Assembly: GCA_045593745.1 (NCBI GenBank)
Contig: JAZNXF010000012.1
Span: forward strand, 21,575-85,574
Length of the DNA: 64,000 bases
Direction: 5' to 3'
Source of the DNA: Elusimicrobiaceae bacterium
GTDB taxonomy: Bacteria > Elusimicrobiota > Elusimicrobia > Elusimicrobiales > Elusimicrobiaceae
The position numbers and the translations under genes are program-made. Shown piece after piece: positions 47,598 through 57,192 of the stretch; position 1 is the first letter of the stretch, and the number at the start of each line of letters is the position of its first letter. The notes under the pieces are model-generated. The model saw nothing but the letters and a program-made list of their open reading frames with translations, was not told where the DNA came from and searched no databases.

Positions 47598-50249
47598 ATG
47601 AACCAAAACACTTTGTACATTAAACAACGGCTTTCTCTGCGTAAACCGCAAGAAGAAGCATTAACCATCTTAGCAGACATAACTGCTTTATTGCCGCTTA
47701 CCAAACAAAACGATTTGGAGAAAGAAATTGCCGCTATCCGTGAGAAATACCCTATTTTTAAGGAATTTGAGCGAAATTTCCCCAATATCTGCTTTGCATT
47801 GGCTACTGGCGTGGGTAAAACGCGCCTTATGGGGGCTTTTGTGACCTATTTGTACAAAGTATACCATATTACCGATTTTTTTATTCTTGCGCCCAATTTG
47901 ACCATTTACAACAAACTCATTGAGGACTTTTCCAAACCCACCAGCCCTAAATACGTATTTAAGGGGATTGCTGACTTTGTAACCAATCCACCTCTTGTCA
48001 TTACCGGGGATAACTACCGAGAAATGAGCGAAAATCAGTTATACCAAGAAAGCATCCGCATTAACGTCTTTAACATTTCTAAAATCAACACAGGGGAACG
48101 TAAGGGAGAACTGCCCCTTATCAAGCGTTTGTCTGAATACCTAGGGCAAAGTTACTTTGATTATTTGGCCAATCGGGAGCGTTTAGTGCTTTTAATGGAT
48201 GAAAGTCATCACTATCGTGCCGAACGTGCCATGCAGGTAATTAACGAGCTAAACCCGGTACTTGGCATTGAAGTGACGGCTACCCCGCAAGTACAAAAGG
48301 GTAGTAAAGCAGTTCCTTTCAAAAACGTGGTGTATGAATACTCTTTAGCCAAAGCCATAAAAGACGGGTTTGTTAAAAAGCCCTATGTGGCAACGCGTAA
48401 AAATTGGCAACCCGGTAACTATACGCCCGAAGAAATCGACCGCATTAAAGTGTTAGACGGAATCCGGCTACATCAAAATACGCGTGTGGAACTGGAAAAA
48501 TTTGCCCGCAATAATGATTTAACGATTATCAAACCGTTTGTTTTGATTGTTACCAAAGATACGGACCATGCCGAGCAGATTAAACAGATGATCCAAGCTG
48601 ATAATTTTTATAACGGTTATTACAAAGATAAGGTAATTGAGGTCCACTCGGCCCAAAAAGGAAGTGAAAAGGAGGAAAATATTGGGCAGCTATTGTCTTT
48701 GGAAGACCCACATAACAAAATCGAAATTGTAATCCACGTGAATATGCTCAAGGAAGGGTGGGACGTCACCAATTTGTATACGATTGTGCCGCTTCGCGCT
48801 TCGGCTTCCGATACACTTACAGAACAGACCATCGGGCGCGGTTTACGTTTGCCTTATGGCAAAATTATGCATGAGGAAGCGGTGGACCGCCTGACTATTG
48901 TGGCCCACGACAAATTCCAAACTATTATTGACGAGGCCAACAAAGAGGGTAGTATTATCCGCAAGGAAAATATTATTGAACTAGATGATGATTTTGATCG
49001 TGCTCCACGTAAAGAAGTGATTGTTTCTAACACTATGTTGGCAACTAAACGGGAAGAAAATACGCAAACACAAACCGCTCAGCAATGGCTTCCACCCACC
49101 CCTGAGGTAAAAGAAGCAGTAGCCATTTTCCAAGATACCGTATTACCGGAAATGGGACGAGAAGTTAAAAAGATTGGCGATTTGTCTAATACGCAAGTAC
49201 AAGAAGTGGCTTTTAAACGTTTAGAAGAGCATTTAGCCCAAAAAGGGGACTTGTTTGCTGCTCAACATGCCGAAGAAATTAAACAGCATGCTCCGCAACT
49301 TGTACAAGAATTTATAACTGCAACAATTGCTATCCCGCGTGTAACCATTCAACCCGGTAAAGACGGACACTTGAACTTTAAACCTTTTGACTTGGATACA
49401 ACCAACATTACCTATCAACCTGCCTCCGAAGAAATTTTCTTAAAATCACTTACGGATGGTGGGTATTCTTTCTTACAAGGGCAAGTATCGGGGGATATTA
49501 ATCAGGAAACCCCTGAAAATATCCTATTAGGGGCTTTGTTTGATGTACCGGAAATTCCTTATGATGATTATGCGGATTTGTTACATTCGTTAGCGCAAGC
49601 TGTAATTGCTAAATTAAAGACCTATTTAGATGATAAAGGGGTTAAAAATGTAGTTATTACCTATAGACGTCAGTTGGCGGACTTTATCTTTGCTCAAATG
49701 AAACAGCATGCTGAATATGTGCCTGCTGATTTAATGGCCTCCAAAGTCCGTCCATTTGAGAAGATCTATCCGCATAATTACGAAAAAATCTCTTCTGATA
49801 AGATTAGACATTACACCGATACAATAGAACCCACTAGCGACATACCAAGCAAAGTGTTCTCTGGATTCAAAAAGGCATGTCATAACTTGTATAAGTTTGA
49901 TTCAAAAGCAGAAAAAGACTTTGCCCAGGTACTAGAACAATGCTCCGAAGTGCAAAAATGGCTTCGTCCTCATATTAAACAATTTAATATTTATTGGAGT
50001 AATGGGAAGTACGAACCTGATTTTGTAGTGGAAACGGCTGATAAAATATTTCTAGTAGAAATTAAGAGTACAAAAGATATTGATACTAGAGACGTAGAAG
50101 AAAAAGCCAAGGCAGCCCTACTTTGGATTAGGCGTGTAAATCAATACGCTCGAGAAGAAGGCGAAAAAACATGGGAGTATTTGCTAATTCCACACACAGC
50201 AGTACAACTAAATAACGACTTTAGTTATTTTAAGCAGTTTAAGAGGTAA
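47598..50249 (+). CDS. res: Type III R-M restriction subunit (DEAD-box helicase plus nuclease)
   Basis: ATGVGKT, DESHH, LKEGWDV, EQTIGRGLR, C-terminal PDFVV...VEIK. Confidence 0.92.
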   Translation: MNQNTLYIKQRLSLRKPQEEALTILADITALLPLTKQNDLEKEIAAIREKYPIFKEFERNFPNICFALATGVGKTRLMGAFVTYLYKVYHITDFFILAPNLTIYNKLIEDFSKPTSPKYVFKGIADFVTNPPLVITGDNYREMSENQLYQESIRINVFNISKINTGERKGELPLIKRLSEYLGQSYFDYLANRERLVLLMDESHHYRAERAMQVINELNPVLGIEVTATPQVQKGSKAVPFKNVVYEYSLAKAIKDGFVKKPYVATRKNWQPGNYTPEEIDRIKVLDGIRLHQNTRVELEKFARNNDLTIIKPFVLIVTKDTDHAEQIKQMIQADNFYNGYYKDKVIEVHSAQKGSEKEENIGQLLSLEDPHNKIEIVIHVNMLKEGWDVTNLYTIVPLRASASDTLTEQTIGRGLRLPYGKIMHEEAVDRLTIVAHDKFQTIIDEANKEGSIIRKENIIELDDDFDRAPRKEVIVSNTMLATKREENTQTQTAQQWLPPTPEVKEAVAIFQDTVLPEMGREVKKIGDLSNTQVQEVAFKRLEEHLAQKGDLFAAQHAEEIKQHAPQLVQEFITATIAIPRVTIQPGKDGHLNFKPFDLDTTNITYQPASEEIFLKSLTDGGYSFLQGQVSGDINQETPENILLGALFDVPEIPYDDYADLLHSLAQAVIAKLKTYLDDKGVKNVVITYRRQLADFIFAQMKQHAEYVPADLMASKVRPFEKIYPHNYEKISSDKIRHYTDTIEPTSDIPSKVFSGFKKACHNLYKFDSKAEKDFAQVLEQCSEVQKWLRPHIKQFNIYWSNGKYEPDFVVETADKIFLVEIKSTKDIDTRDVEEKAKAALLWIRRVNQYAREEGEKTWEYLLIPHTAVQLNNDFSYFKQFKR

Positions 50250-50447
50250 TATTCAAATTCTAAAATCTTCACCCTAGATTCTACTTGACTTATCTCCCGA
50301 TACTAAGCGTGAATGTAGTACGAAGTAAAAATCGCTTACTTAAGGAGATAAATTATGAAGAAAAACACTAAAAAATCAGCACCAAAAACTACATCTGCAA
50401 AGCCCGCTATTCTTCGCGTGGTAAGTCCTATCGTTTCCTAAAAAACT

Positions 50448-50663
50448 ATGCTTGAAAACTTACCTGTCCGGCCGCGCGATAACCGCTTGCCCGTGCCAGG
50501 GAGCATCATCACAAAAACTTATCGTGGCAAAACCATAGAAGTAAAAGTCCTGGGAAACGGCTTTGAATACGAAGGGAAAGTATTCAAAAGCATCTCACGC
50601 GTGGCGATGACGATCGTTAAACGCCAACTCAGCGGCTATGTATTCTTTGGACTTACCAAATGA
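50448..50663 (+). CDS. DUF2924-domain protein (short)
   Basis: PGSIITKTYRG...FEYEGKVFKSIS...SGYVFFGL. Confidence 0.75.
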   Translation: MLENLPVRPRDNRLPVPGSIITKTYRGKTIEVKVLGNGFEYEGKVFKSISRVAMTIVKRQLSGYVFFGLTK

Positions 50664-50863
50664 CGCCGCGCCATTTACCACCCACTTCAGGGCGATTTGT
50701 AAAAGGCCGCTCGGGCAATCCCCTGGGGCGGCCTCCCCGAAATTTTCGTGAAAGAGATATTGTCTTGTTAGTCGCTAAATTCTTTGAAACTTTAGCCAAG
50801 GCATACTGTAATCAAAGCCGTTCGGTGGAAAAAATCCGTCAAATTAAGGACATCTTATCATGA
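50660..50863 (+). CDS. DUF5681-domain small protein
   Basis: GRFVKGRSGNPLGRP. Confidence 0.7.
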   Translation: MTPRHLPPTSGRFVKGRSGNPLGRPPRNFRERDIVLLVAKFFETLAKAYCNQSRSVEKIRQIKDILS

Positions 50864-51309
50864 AAAGAAAGTGCTATTTGCCTAAAAGTTATGAAGAATT
50901 AAAAGGACTATCTCCCAAAGAACTGCGGTTTTATTGGAACGCTTTCTATACCTATCCCGTAAAAGGTGTTAAGGCCAAATTACGCCCGCTATGGTATGCC
51001 ATCCAATGCGAGCTAGGGCGTTGTAAATTACAAGAAAAATATATCACGCGGCTTGACCGTTATGCGGGCAATCCGGATAAGTATATTGAGCACGCACATA
51101 AAAAGCGTTACGCACTCGCCGCCGGAACGATACTGACTAAAACCTATAAAGGTCGGATGTATCAAGTGACCGTAAAAGGGAAAAATGCCTACGAGTGGGA
51201 AGGAAAAATATATTCCAATTTAACAACATTAGCCGAGAAAATCGTACGAGCCCACGTCAGCGGGCCCAAATTTTTCGGATTGACAGGTAAAAAATATGCC
51301 CAAAATTAA
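50860..51309 (+). CDS. DUF2924-domain protein
   Basis: GTILTKTYKG...YEWEGKIYSNLT..A..I....SGPKFFGL. Confidence 0.8.
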   Translation: MKRKCYLPKSYEELKGLSPKELRFYWNAFYTYPVKGVKAKLRPLWYAIQCELGRCKLQEKYITRLDRYAGNPDKYIEHAHKKRYALAAGTILTKTYKGRMYQVTVKGKNAYEWEGKIYSNLTTLAEKIVRAHVSGPKFFGLTGKKYAQN

Positions 51310-52116
51310 CTGCGCCATCTATACAAGGAAATCAACGGAACACGGCTTGGAAATGAGTTTAATTCGTTCCAAAACCAGGAAGAAGCGTGCAAGGCCTATA
51401 TTTTATCACAGGCGTTTAACGGCTGGGAGTATTATAAAACATTTGAAGACGGCGGGATTAGCGGTGGCACGATGGAGCGCCCCGGCTTACAAGCACTTTT
51501 GGAAGAAATCCGCGAGCGTAATGTGCAGGTGGTCGTCGTCTATAAAGTAGACCGTCTGTCGCGTTCTATATTTGATTTCCATAAAATGATGCAGGAGTTT
51601 GCCAAGTACGAGTGTAACTTTGTGTCTATTACCCAGTCGTTCGATACGAGCAATTCTATGGGCAAACTGACACTCAATATGCTCTTATCTTTTGCGCAAT
51701 TTGAGCGCGAGGTATCAGCCGAGCGTGTACGCGATAAAATCGCTGCCAGCAAGGCCAAGGGGCTGTGGGTGGGGGTAATTTGCCCTTGGGCTATGACGTC
51801 AATGATAGGCACCTTGTGGTAAATGAGCCGGAAGCAGAAATCGTTCGGCAGGTATTCCAAAAATATCTTGAAATACAAAATATGCTTGGGGTGGCCGAGT
51901 GGCTAAATAAGCAGGGGATACATACTAAGAAGTGGGTTACCAAACCCAGCCAGCGTGAGCGGGGCGGCGAACCGTTTAAGAAGAATACGGTGCAACGCAT
52001 GTTAACAAACCCCATTTATCTTTGCAAAATCACGCATTATTCCCAAAACAAAATCTATAACGGTGTACATAAGCCGATCATTTCTTGTGAATTATGGGAA
52101 CAGGTGCAGGCGGTAA
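51296..52116 (+). pseudogene. Large serine recombinase, N-terminal part (two frameshifts)
   Basis: CAIYTRKS, KVDRLSRS, GKLTLNMLLSFAQFERE, PLGYD; single-base losses at ~51355 and ~51775. Confidence 0.85.
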
Positions 52117-52775
52117 ACGGCGGCGCACTGTTAAAACAGCGTATTATAAACGCAGTTATTTATGATGGCGTGCAGACACAAAAACAAGCCCATGAAGGGC
52201 AGTTCTACCGGTGGCTACCCTCTGACGCGCAAAACCCAGATCCGGAACATCAACTGCTATACGGTAAAGTTTTTCGGGTAGGTACCGGCGACAAAGACGG
52301 TAATATGCCCGGGGAACGGTATGGATGTAGGTGCGGCATTGAGTGGCTGGAAGAAGCCGAAATGACGGCTGAAGAAAAGATGAAGGCCGTGGATGTGAAA
52401 CTAGGGAAAGAAACACGGTTGCCACCCTTGAATAAGGCGGATTTAGAGCGCATGGGGGTAAAAGAAAGTAAACCTGTGATATGGACAAAATATTCTAGTA
52501 CTCGCAGTGCCGCAAAGCATAAGGATATAACAGTTAAAGAATACAATTACTTAGTAGGAAATTCTCTGTACAAGCACATATATCCAGTTTTTAGGGACCG
52601 TAAAAATAAGAACTATTGGCACTTTATTGGAACACCCGAAACGGGTAGAACTAGCGCACCAGTTGTGCTGTTAGATGTGGAAGAAACAAAAAATGCGTTT
52701 GAAATTGTTCACGTCCATAGAATGGAAGCAAATTCGTTAAGGAGATTATTACGAAAGATACTAAAAAAGAACTAA
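52117..52775 (+). CDS. C-terminal part of a MuF (phage Mu gpF-like) head protein with nuclease-like tail, now in frame with the recombinase fragment
   Basis: YRWLPSD...PEHQLLYG...PGERYGCRC MuF signature, followed by a PBECR/RelE-like domain. Confidence 0.6.
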
Positions 52776-52950
52776 CCGAGGGGAACCTGCATGTCTCCAC
52801 CATTACGGAAGAAATTCCGTTGCATTCGAGCCAGGATTTTATGCTGTCGGTTAGTTCAAATATACGAAGCAGGCGGAAGATTCAGCTCTTTGGCTTTCCG
52901 CGTGTCGCTATAGACTAATGCATTAGCTATAGCTCCGCTTCGTTACTGAT

Positions 52951-52979
52951 AGTATAAGTGATTTTTGGCAATTTGTCAA
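52951..52979 (-). promoter_or_regulatory. Consensus sigma70 promoter firing antisense toward the MuF-toxin gene
   Basis: Reverse complement reads TTGACA-AATTGCCAAAAATCACT(17)-TATACT. Confidence 0.65.
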
Positions 52980-52999
52980 TAGAAAAGAGGAAAAACGAT

Positions 53000-53686
53000 A
53001 TGAAAAAATTAGTACACGTTATGTTTTTAACGCCTTTACGCGCCCAAAAAGATGCGCCGGGGGCTGACGGCGGCGGCCAAGATAACGACCTAGCCGCCCA
53101 AGTGGCCGCTTTGCAGGCCGAAATTGCCGCATTAAAAAAGGGCAAAGAGGACCCAAAGCCCGCCCCCAAAGATGACCCGCGCGCTGACGTTTTGGCACAA
53201 GCCGCCGCCCAAAAACAGCGGCAAGAAGAGCGCGAGCGCATGCAAGAAGCCATTAAGTTTAATTTAGCCATTGCCCAGTATGTAGCGGATAATAAGGATT
53301 ATTTAACCCCTATTGCCGCCGGGATTGTGGACAAGGTAAATGAAAAGCAATTTACCGATGAGGAGAAAAAATCCCTCAATATGCGCAAAAATTTGCTGGA
53401 GGATTTTTTTAGCCAGCAAGCCAATATAGATGCCGCCCCGGAAGAACTCAAAGGGCGTATTATGGCCTTTAAGGCCCTGGCGGAAGATGACAAAGAAAAA
53501 CAGGCCGCTACCTATTGGGATTTACTCCAACTGACGGTAGACCGTAAAAAATTAACCGCCCAGGTAGAGGCCGCTAAACGCGCCCGCCAAGGTGGTTATG
53601 AAGAAAGCAATGATTTAATTAAAAACTATAACGCCAAAGTATTTGCCCGCAAAAGCCAATACCTAGGCGAAGGAGAAAAGAAATGA
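53000..53686 (+). CDS. Phage scaffold-like protein
   Basis: Low-complexity N-terminus, coiled coil, lies upstream of a cement-like gene. Confidence 0.55.
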   Translation: MKKLVHVMFLTPLRAQKDAPGADGGGQDNDLAAQVAALQAEIAALKKGKEDPKPAPKDDPRADVLAQAAAQKQRQEERERMQEAIKFNLAIAQYVADNKDYLTPIAAGIVDKVNEKQFTDEEKKSLNMRKNLLEDFFSQQANIDAAPEELKGRIMAFKALAEDDKEKQAATYWDLLQLTVDRKKLTAQVEAAKRARQGGYEESNDLIKNYNAKVFARKSQYLGEGEKK

Positions 53687-54093
53687 GCAGAAGATTAGGC
53701 ACGCCGTATATGCGCGGCAAGTCCGATGTGATTGAAAACTTCGCCCCGAACGGTGGGAACTCCGTTGCTGAGGGCTTGGCTGTTATTTTGCACAGTGACG
53801 GCACGATTAAACCCTATGCGGGGTCCGGCGTAATTATGGGGGTGGCTGGCATGAAAGAAATGAAGCACCAAAGCGTAGTACGCGCCGGGCTAGAAGTACT
53901 GGTGCAACTGGCTAGCGGGGCAGAACCGGCACCCGGGGCGGCAGTTTATGTAGATGCTAATGGTAAATTTACCTCTGTTTCTACAGACAACACCCCGGTA
54001 AATGCTACCTTCCGCGGCGCAAAAGAAGCGGCTATTACTTCCGCTGGCATGGCTGTAGAGGCGGCTGCCATTGACTTTGCCGGGGGCTTATAA
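53683..54093 (+). CDS. Phage capsid cement/decoration-like protein
   Basis: Small Gly/Ala-rich beta protein (GVAG...PGAAVYVDANGKFT). Confidence 0.6.
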   Translation: MSRRLGTPYMRGKSDVIENFAPNGGNSVAEGLAVILHSDGTIKPYAGSGVIMGVAGMKEMKHQSVVRAGLEVLVQLASGAEPAPGAAVYVDANGKFTSVSTDNTPVNATFRGAKEAAITSAGMAVEAAAIDFAGGL

Positions 54094-54125
54094 GCACTAT
54101 GGCAAAAAATGCGAAAGATACGGCA

Positions 54126-54935
54126 GGTAAGGGAAAAAATGTAACCCCTTGCGGCGAAGAAACGAAGCAAAACGCGAATACTGAACGCGCGGGCAAGTTG
54201 TATGACGATAAAGGGAAAAAATATAGGTTCGCATCTTCCAAAAGCCACAGGTGGAAGTTATTATATTACTACAATGGCGTGGGCGGGCATTACTTGCCAG
54301 TGGCACAATTGGATAATTTTGTGCTTGATGTGCTCCGGTAGATTGCTTTGGAAGAATTAGAGCCCATGGCCGATAGAATCGGCATAACGGATAAACAAAT
54401 GCGTTCCTGGATTGTTAAGGCAACATGCCAGACGGCAGGGAACGCGCATTATTTGACGATTCTTTTAGATGAGAGGCAAATAAAGGCCGATTTAATCAAT
54501 TGCCCGAAAATAACGGAGAAATTAGAGAGAAAACCCCTTTCGCTAGAACGGATGGAAGGTAATTTATATGTGCGCGGGAAATTTATGGTAGCCAATGTTT
54601 CATCGGTAAAATTGCGTAATGGGAGTGCCCACAATATTTTAACTGTACGGCAACTTAATGAAAGTTTAGTGCGTGGCCTTGCACGCGGGTGGCAACTTAA
54701 AAAGAGAATGGATCGAGGGATTATTACCCGGGAATTAGAAAAAGAAATGCACATGACAAAGCGTACCATTTCGCGGTATATTAACTTATGCTATTTATCC
54801 CCGCGCATTGTAGCGGATATCTTGGAATACAAGAATCCGAATAATTTGACGTTGCGGGAGCTTATGAATCTTGCGGAAGGCCAAGTAGATTTTGAGAAGC
54901 AAGAAGAAGTATGGCATGGGGGAGAAATGTCATAG
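54126..54935 (+). pseudogene. Large serine recombinase, C-terminal part (in-frame TAG at 54339)
   Basis: AGKLYDDKG..YYY, LVRGLARGW...YLSPRIVADIL...LTLRELM...FEKQ tail typical of DUF2924-linked recombinases. Confidence 0.7.
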
Positions 54936-55127
54936 GTTCGAAAGTAAAAATATATTATATCGGAAAGGACTCGAACCCCTGACCTCCTACAGGAATAATA
55001 CATTGTTTCTTAGACGGTATAACCATGCGTTCTTTGCCTTTATCGGCAAAATATAACTATTTATTTATAAAATATAACTTGATTTATTGCCGATAATCAG
55101 TTATACTAGTAGTAACAGGAGGGGGTT

Positions 55128-56018
55128 ATGGAATATATCTCGGCAGTACAAGCGGCTAAAAAGTGGAAAATTTCGGAGCGGAGCGTACGTAATTATTGTG
55201 CGCATGGCCGTATTGCGGGGGCTTTTTTAACCGGCAAGACATGGAACATTCCGTCAGATGCCTCTAAACCTATGCGTAAACCCAAACAAAGCAAGCACGC
55301 TAATACCTTACTTAATATATTAAAAGCCGAGCAATCTTCCAAACAACATGGCGGTATTTACCATAAGATACAAATTGACCTTACTTATAATTCCAACCAT
55401 ATAGAAGGCAGCCAACTTACCCATGACCAAACCCGCTATATTTTTGAAACAAACACGATTGGAGTGGAAGATAATACCGTAAAGGTGGATGATATTGTAG
55501 AAACCGCTAACCATTTTAAATGTATTGATATGATTATTGAGAATGCTAACTATAAACCCAGTGAACATTTTCTAAAAGAATTACACGGTGTGCTTAAAAA
55601 CGGAACGTCGGATAGCCGTAAATCGTGGTTTGCGGTGGGGGATTATAAGCGCAAACCCAATGAGGTGGGGGGACACGCCACTGCCAGTCCGGAACAGGTA
55701 GCGGCTAAAATGAAAACCTTGCTAGCCAAGTACAACCGCAAAAACAAACATACCTTTGAGGAATTATTAGATTTCCATTACCAGTTTGGAACCATTCACC
55801 CATTTCAAGACGGGAACGGACGTATCGGGCGGCTGATACTGTTTAAGGAGTGTTTGCGTAATAATATCGTTCCATTTATCATTACGGACAAGATAAAGAT
55901 GTTCTATTACAAAGGACTTAATGAGTGGCCGAAAAATCACGAACGCTTAACTGATACTTGTTTGTCCGCGCAAGACCAGATGAAAGCAGTGCTAGATTAT
56001 TTTAAGATTACCTATTAA
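55128..56018 (+). CDS. Fic-family protein with N-terminal HTH
   Basis: HPFQDGNGRIGR Fic motif; AAKKWKISERSVRNYC HTH. Confidence 0.92.
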   Translation: MEYISAVQAAKKWKISERSVRNYCAHGRIAGAFLTGKTWNIPSDASKPMRKPKQSKHANTLLNILKAEQSSKQHGGIYHKIQIDLTYNSNHIEGSQLTHDQTRYIFETNTIGVEDNTVKVDDIVETANHFKCIDMIIENANYKPSEHFLKELHGVLKNGTSDSRKSWFAVGDYKRKPNEVGGHATASPEQVAAKMKTLLAKYNRKNKHTFEELLDFHYQFGTIHPFQDGNGRIGRLILFKECLRNNIVPFIITDKIKMFYYKGLNEWPKNHERLTDTCLSAQDQMKAVLDYFKITY

Positions 56019-56035
56019 AGCAGTTTAATGCCGCG

Positions 56036-56063
56036 CAGGACTTGAACCTGTGACCTTCCGCGT
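56036..56063 (-). repeat. 28-bp duplicate of tRNA-Val (att-like)
   Basis: CAGGACTTGAACCTGTGACCTTCCGCGT is identical to 56480-56507. Confidence 0.85.
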
Positions 56064-56264
56064 ATTGGCAAATAAAAAGTAAATTTAAAAAAGTGGATCT
56101 TGCGATTTTTTCCGTTAGAGAACTGGGGCTGAATTATCCGTATTTTTGGCAAGGGATAAAGCACTCTAAGACGGTGAAGGATAGAAAGTTAAAACTTTCC
56201 TCGTCGTAAAAAGATATAATTAAACACAAAAAAATCCCCATCCTGAGGGAGGGGAAAATCAAAA

Positions 56265-56282
56265 TGGACCGGACAGGACTTG
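56265..56282 (-). repeat. 18-bp duplicate of the tRNA-Val 3' end
   Basis: TGGACCGGACAGGACTTG is identical to 56471-56488. Confidence 0.85.
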
Positions 56283-56470
56283 CCTTCCGGTAAAACTCCT
56301 GACGGAGTTTTCCTGCAGGCCGGGCTCGCGGTTTTTGCCTTTCGCGCTACGCCTGTGCGGCTCGCGCTCAAACAAAAACATCGCTACGCCTTTCAAATCC
56401 TGCCGCGCATAAAGCAGTTTATGCGCTTTCCACCCAAATTAAAAGCACCCTTTCGGGAGCTTTCTAAATT

Positions 56471-56543
56471 TGGACCGGACAGGACTTGAACCTGTGACCT
56501 TCCGCGTGTAAGGCGGACGCTCTACCAACTAAGCTACCGATCC
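56471..56543 (-). tRNA. tRNA-Val (anticodon TAC), CCA not encoded
   Basis: GGATCGG TAGCTTAGTTGGTAGAGC G TCCGC CTTACAC GCGGA AGGTC ACAGG TTCAAGT CCTGT CCGGTCC A. Confidence 0.96.
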
Positions 56544-56602
56544 GTAAATCTCAAATTCAAACTACCTGTATATTATAACAAAAAAACAATAAACACACAA
56601 CC

Positions 56603-57148
56603 TTATTTTGAGGGTTCATGATCGTTTTCGTCAGTAGTTTCTGCACAACAACCGCACGCATTGACGTCTTGCTGTGAGGGGGTAGTCCGTTTCCATTCAT
56701 CGGATTCCGGTCCCCATTTGGCTTTTACTTCGTCTGGAATTTTAAATAATATGCTAGTGCATTTTGCACTTATTGTGCCATCGGGCAGCACGATTTCCCC
56801 TTCTACTTGCGCGCGGGAACCGCCGTCTCGTAGAACGCGGCCAATGGCCCGCAAAGGGGTGTGGGTAGGCGTATTATGTTTGTATACTACTTCCATTTTT
56901 AGCGTTACCATTAAACGCTCAAAATTATTATCTAGTAAAATTGCCCGCCCGGATGTTTCATCTAAAATCGTAGCAATAATTCCACCATGCACTGTTCCGG
57001 GATAGGAACAATAGGTATCATCTAACTCAAAATGCGTTTCAACTTGTTTGTTTTCATAATCATTAAACCATTCCAACTTAAGGCCAAACGGATTTTTCTT
57101 GCCGCAAGCAAAACAATTTAACGAAGTGGGTTGTTTTAATTTCTTCAT
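56603..57148 (-). CDS. PaaI-family thioesterase (hotdog fold)
   Basis: CFACGKKNPFGL, VHGGIIATILDE. Confidence 0.9.
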   Translation of the reverse strand: MKKLKQPTSLNCFACGKKNPFGLKLEWFNDYENKQVETHFELDDTYCSYPGTVHGGIIATILDETSGRAILLDNNFERLMVTLKMEVVYKHNTPTHTPLRAIGRVLRDGGSRAQVEGEIVLPDGTISAKCTSILFKIPDEVKAKWGPESDEWKRTTPSQQDVNACGCCAETTDENDHEPSK

Positions 57149-57192
57149 AAAATCTCCTAAAAAATATTATACTTTTTTGCTACACTAGAGTT

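Larger units (their letters stand above)
35728..54965. mobile_element. Integrated defence/mobile island (DUF2924-serine recombinase type, decayed)
   Basis: AT-rich cargo, LexA-like repressor, Bro-N, R-M, recombinase pseudogene; tRNA-end-like fragments at both borders (35717-35727, 54961-54988). Confidence 0.65.

Noticed and set aside
54961-54990. A second tRNA gene
   Set aside because: Only a degenerate T-arm fragment; no D-arm or acceptor partner
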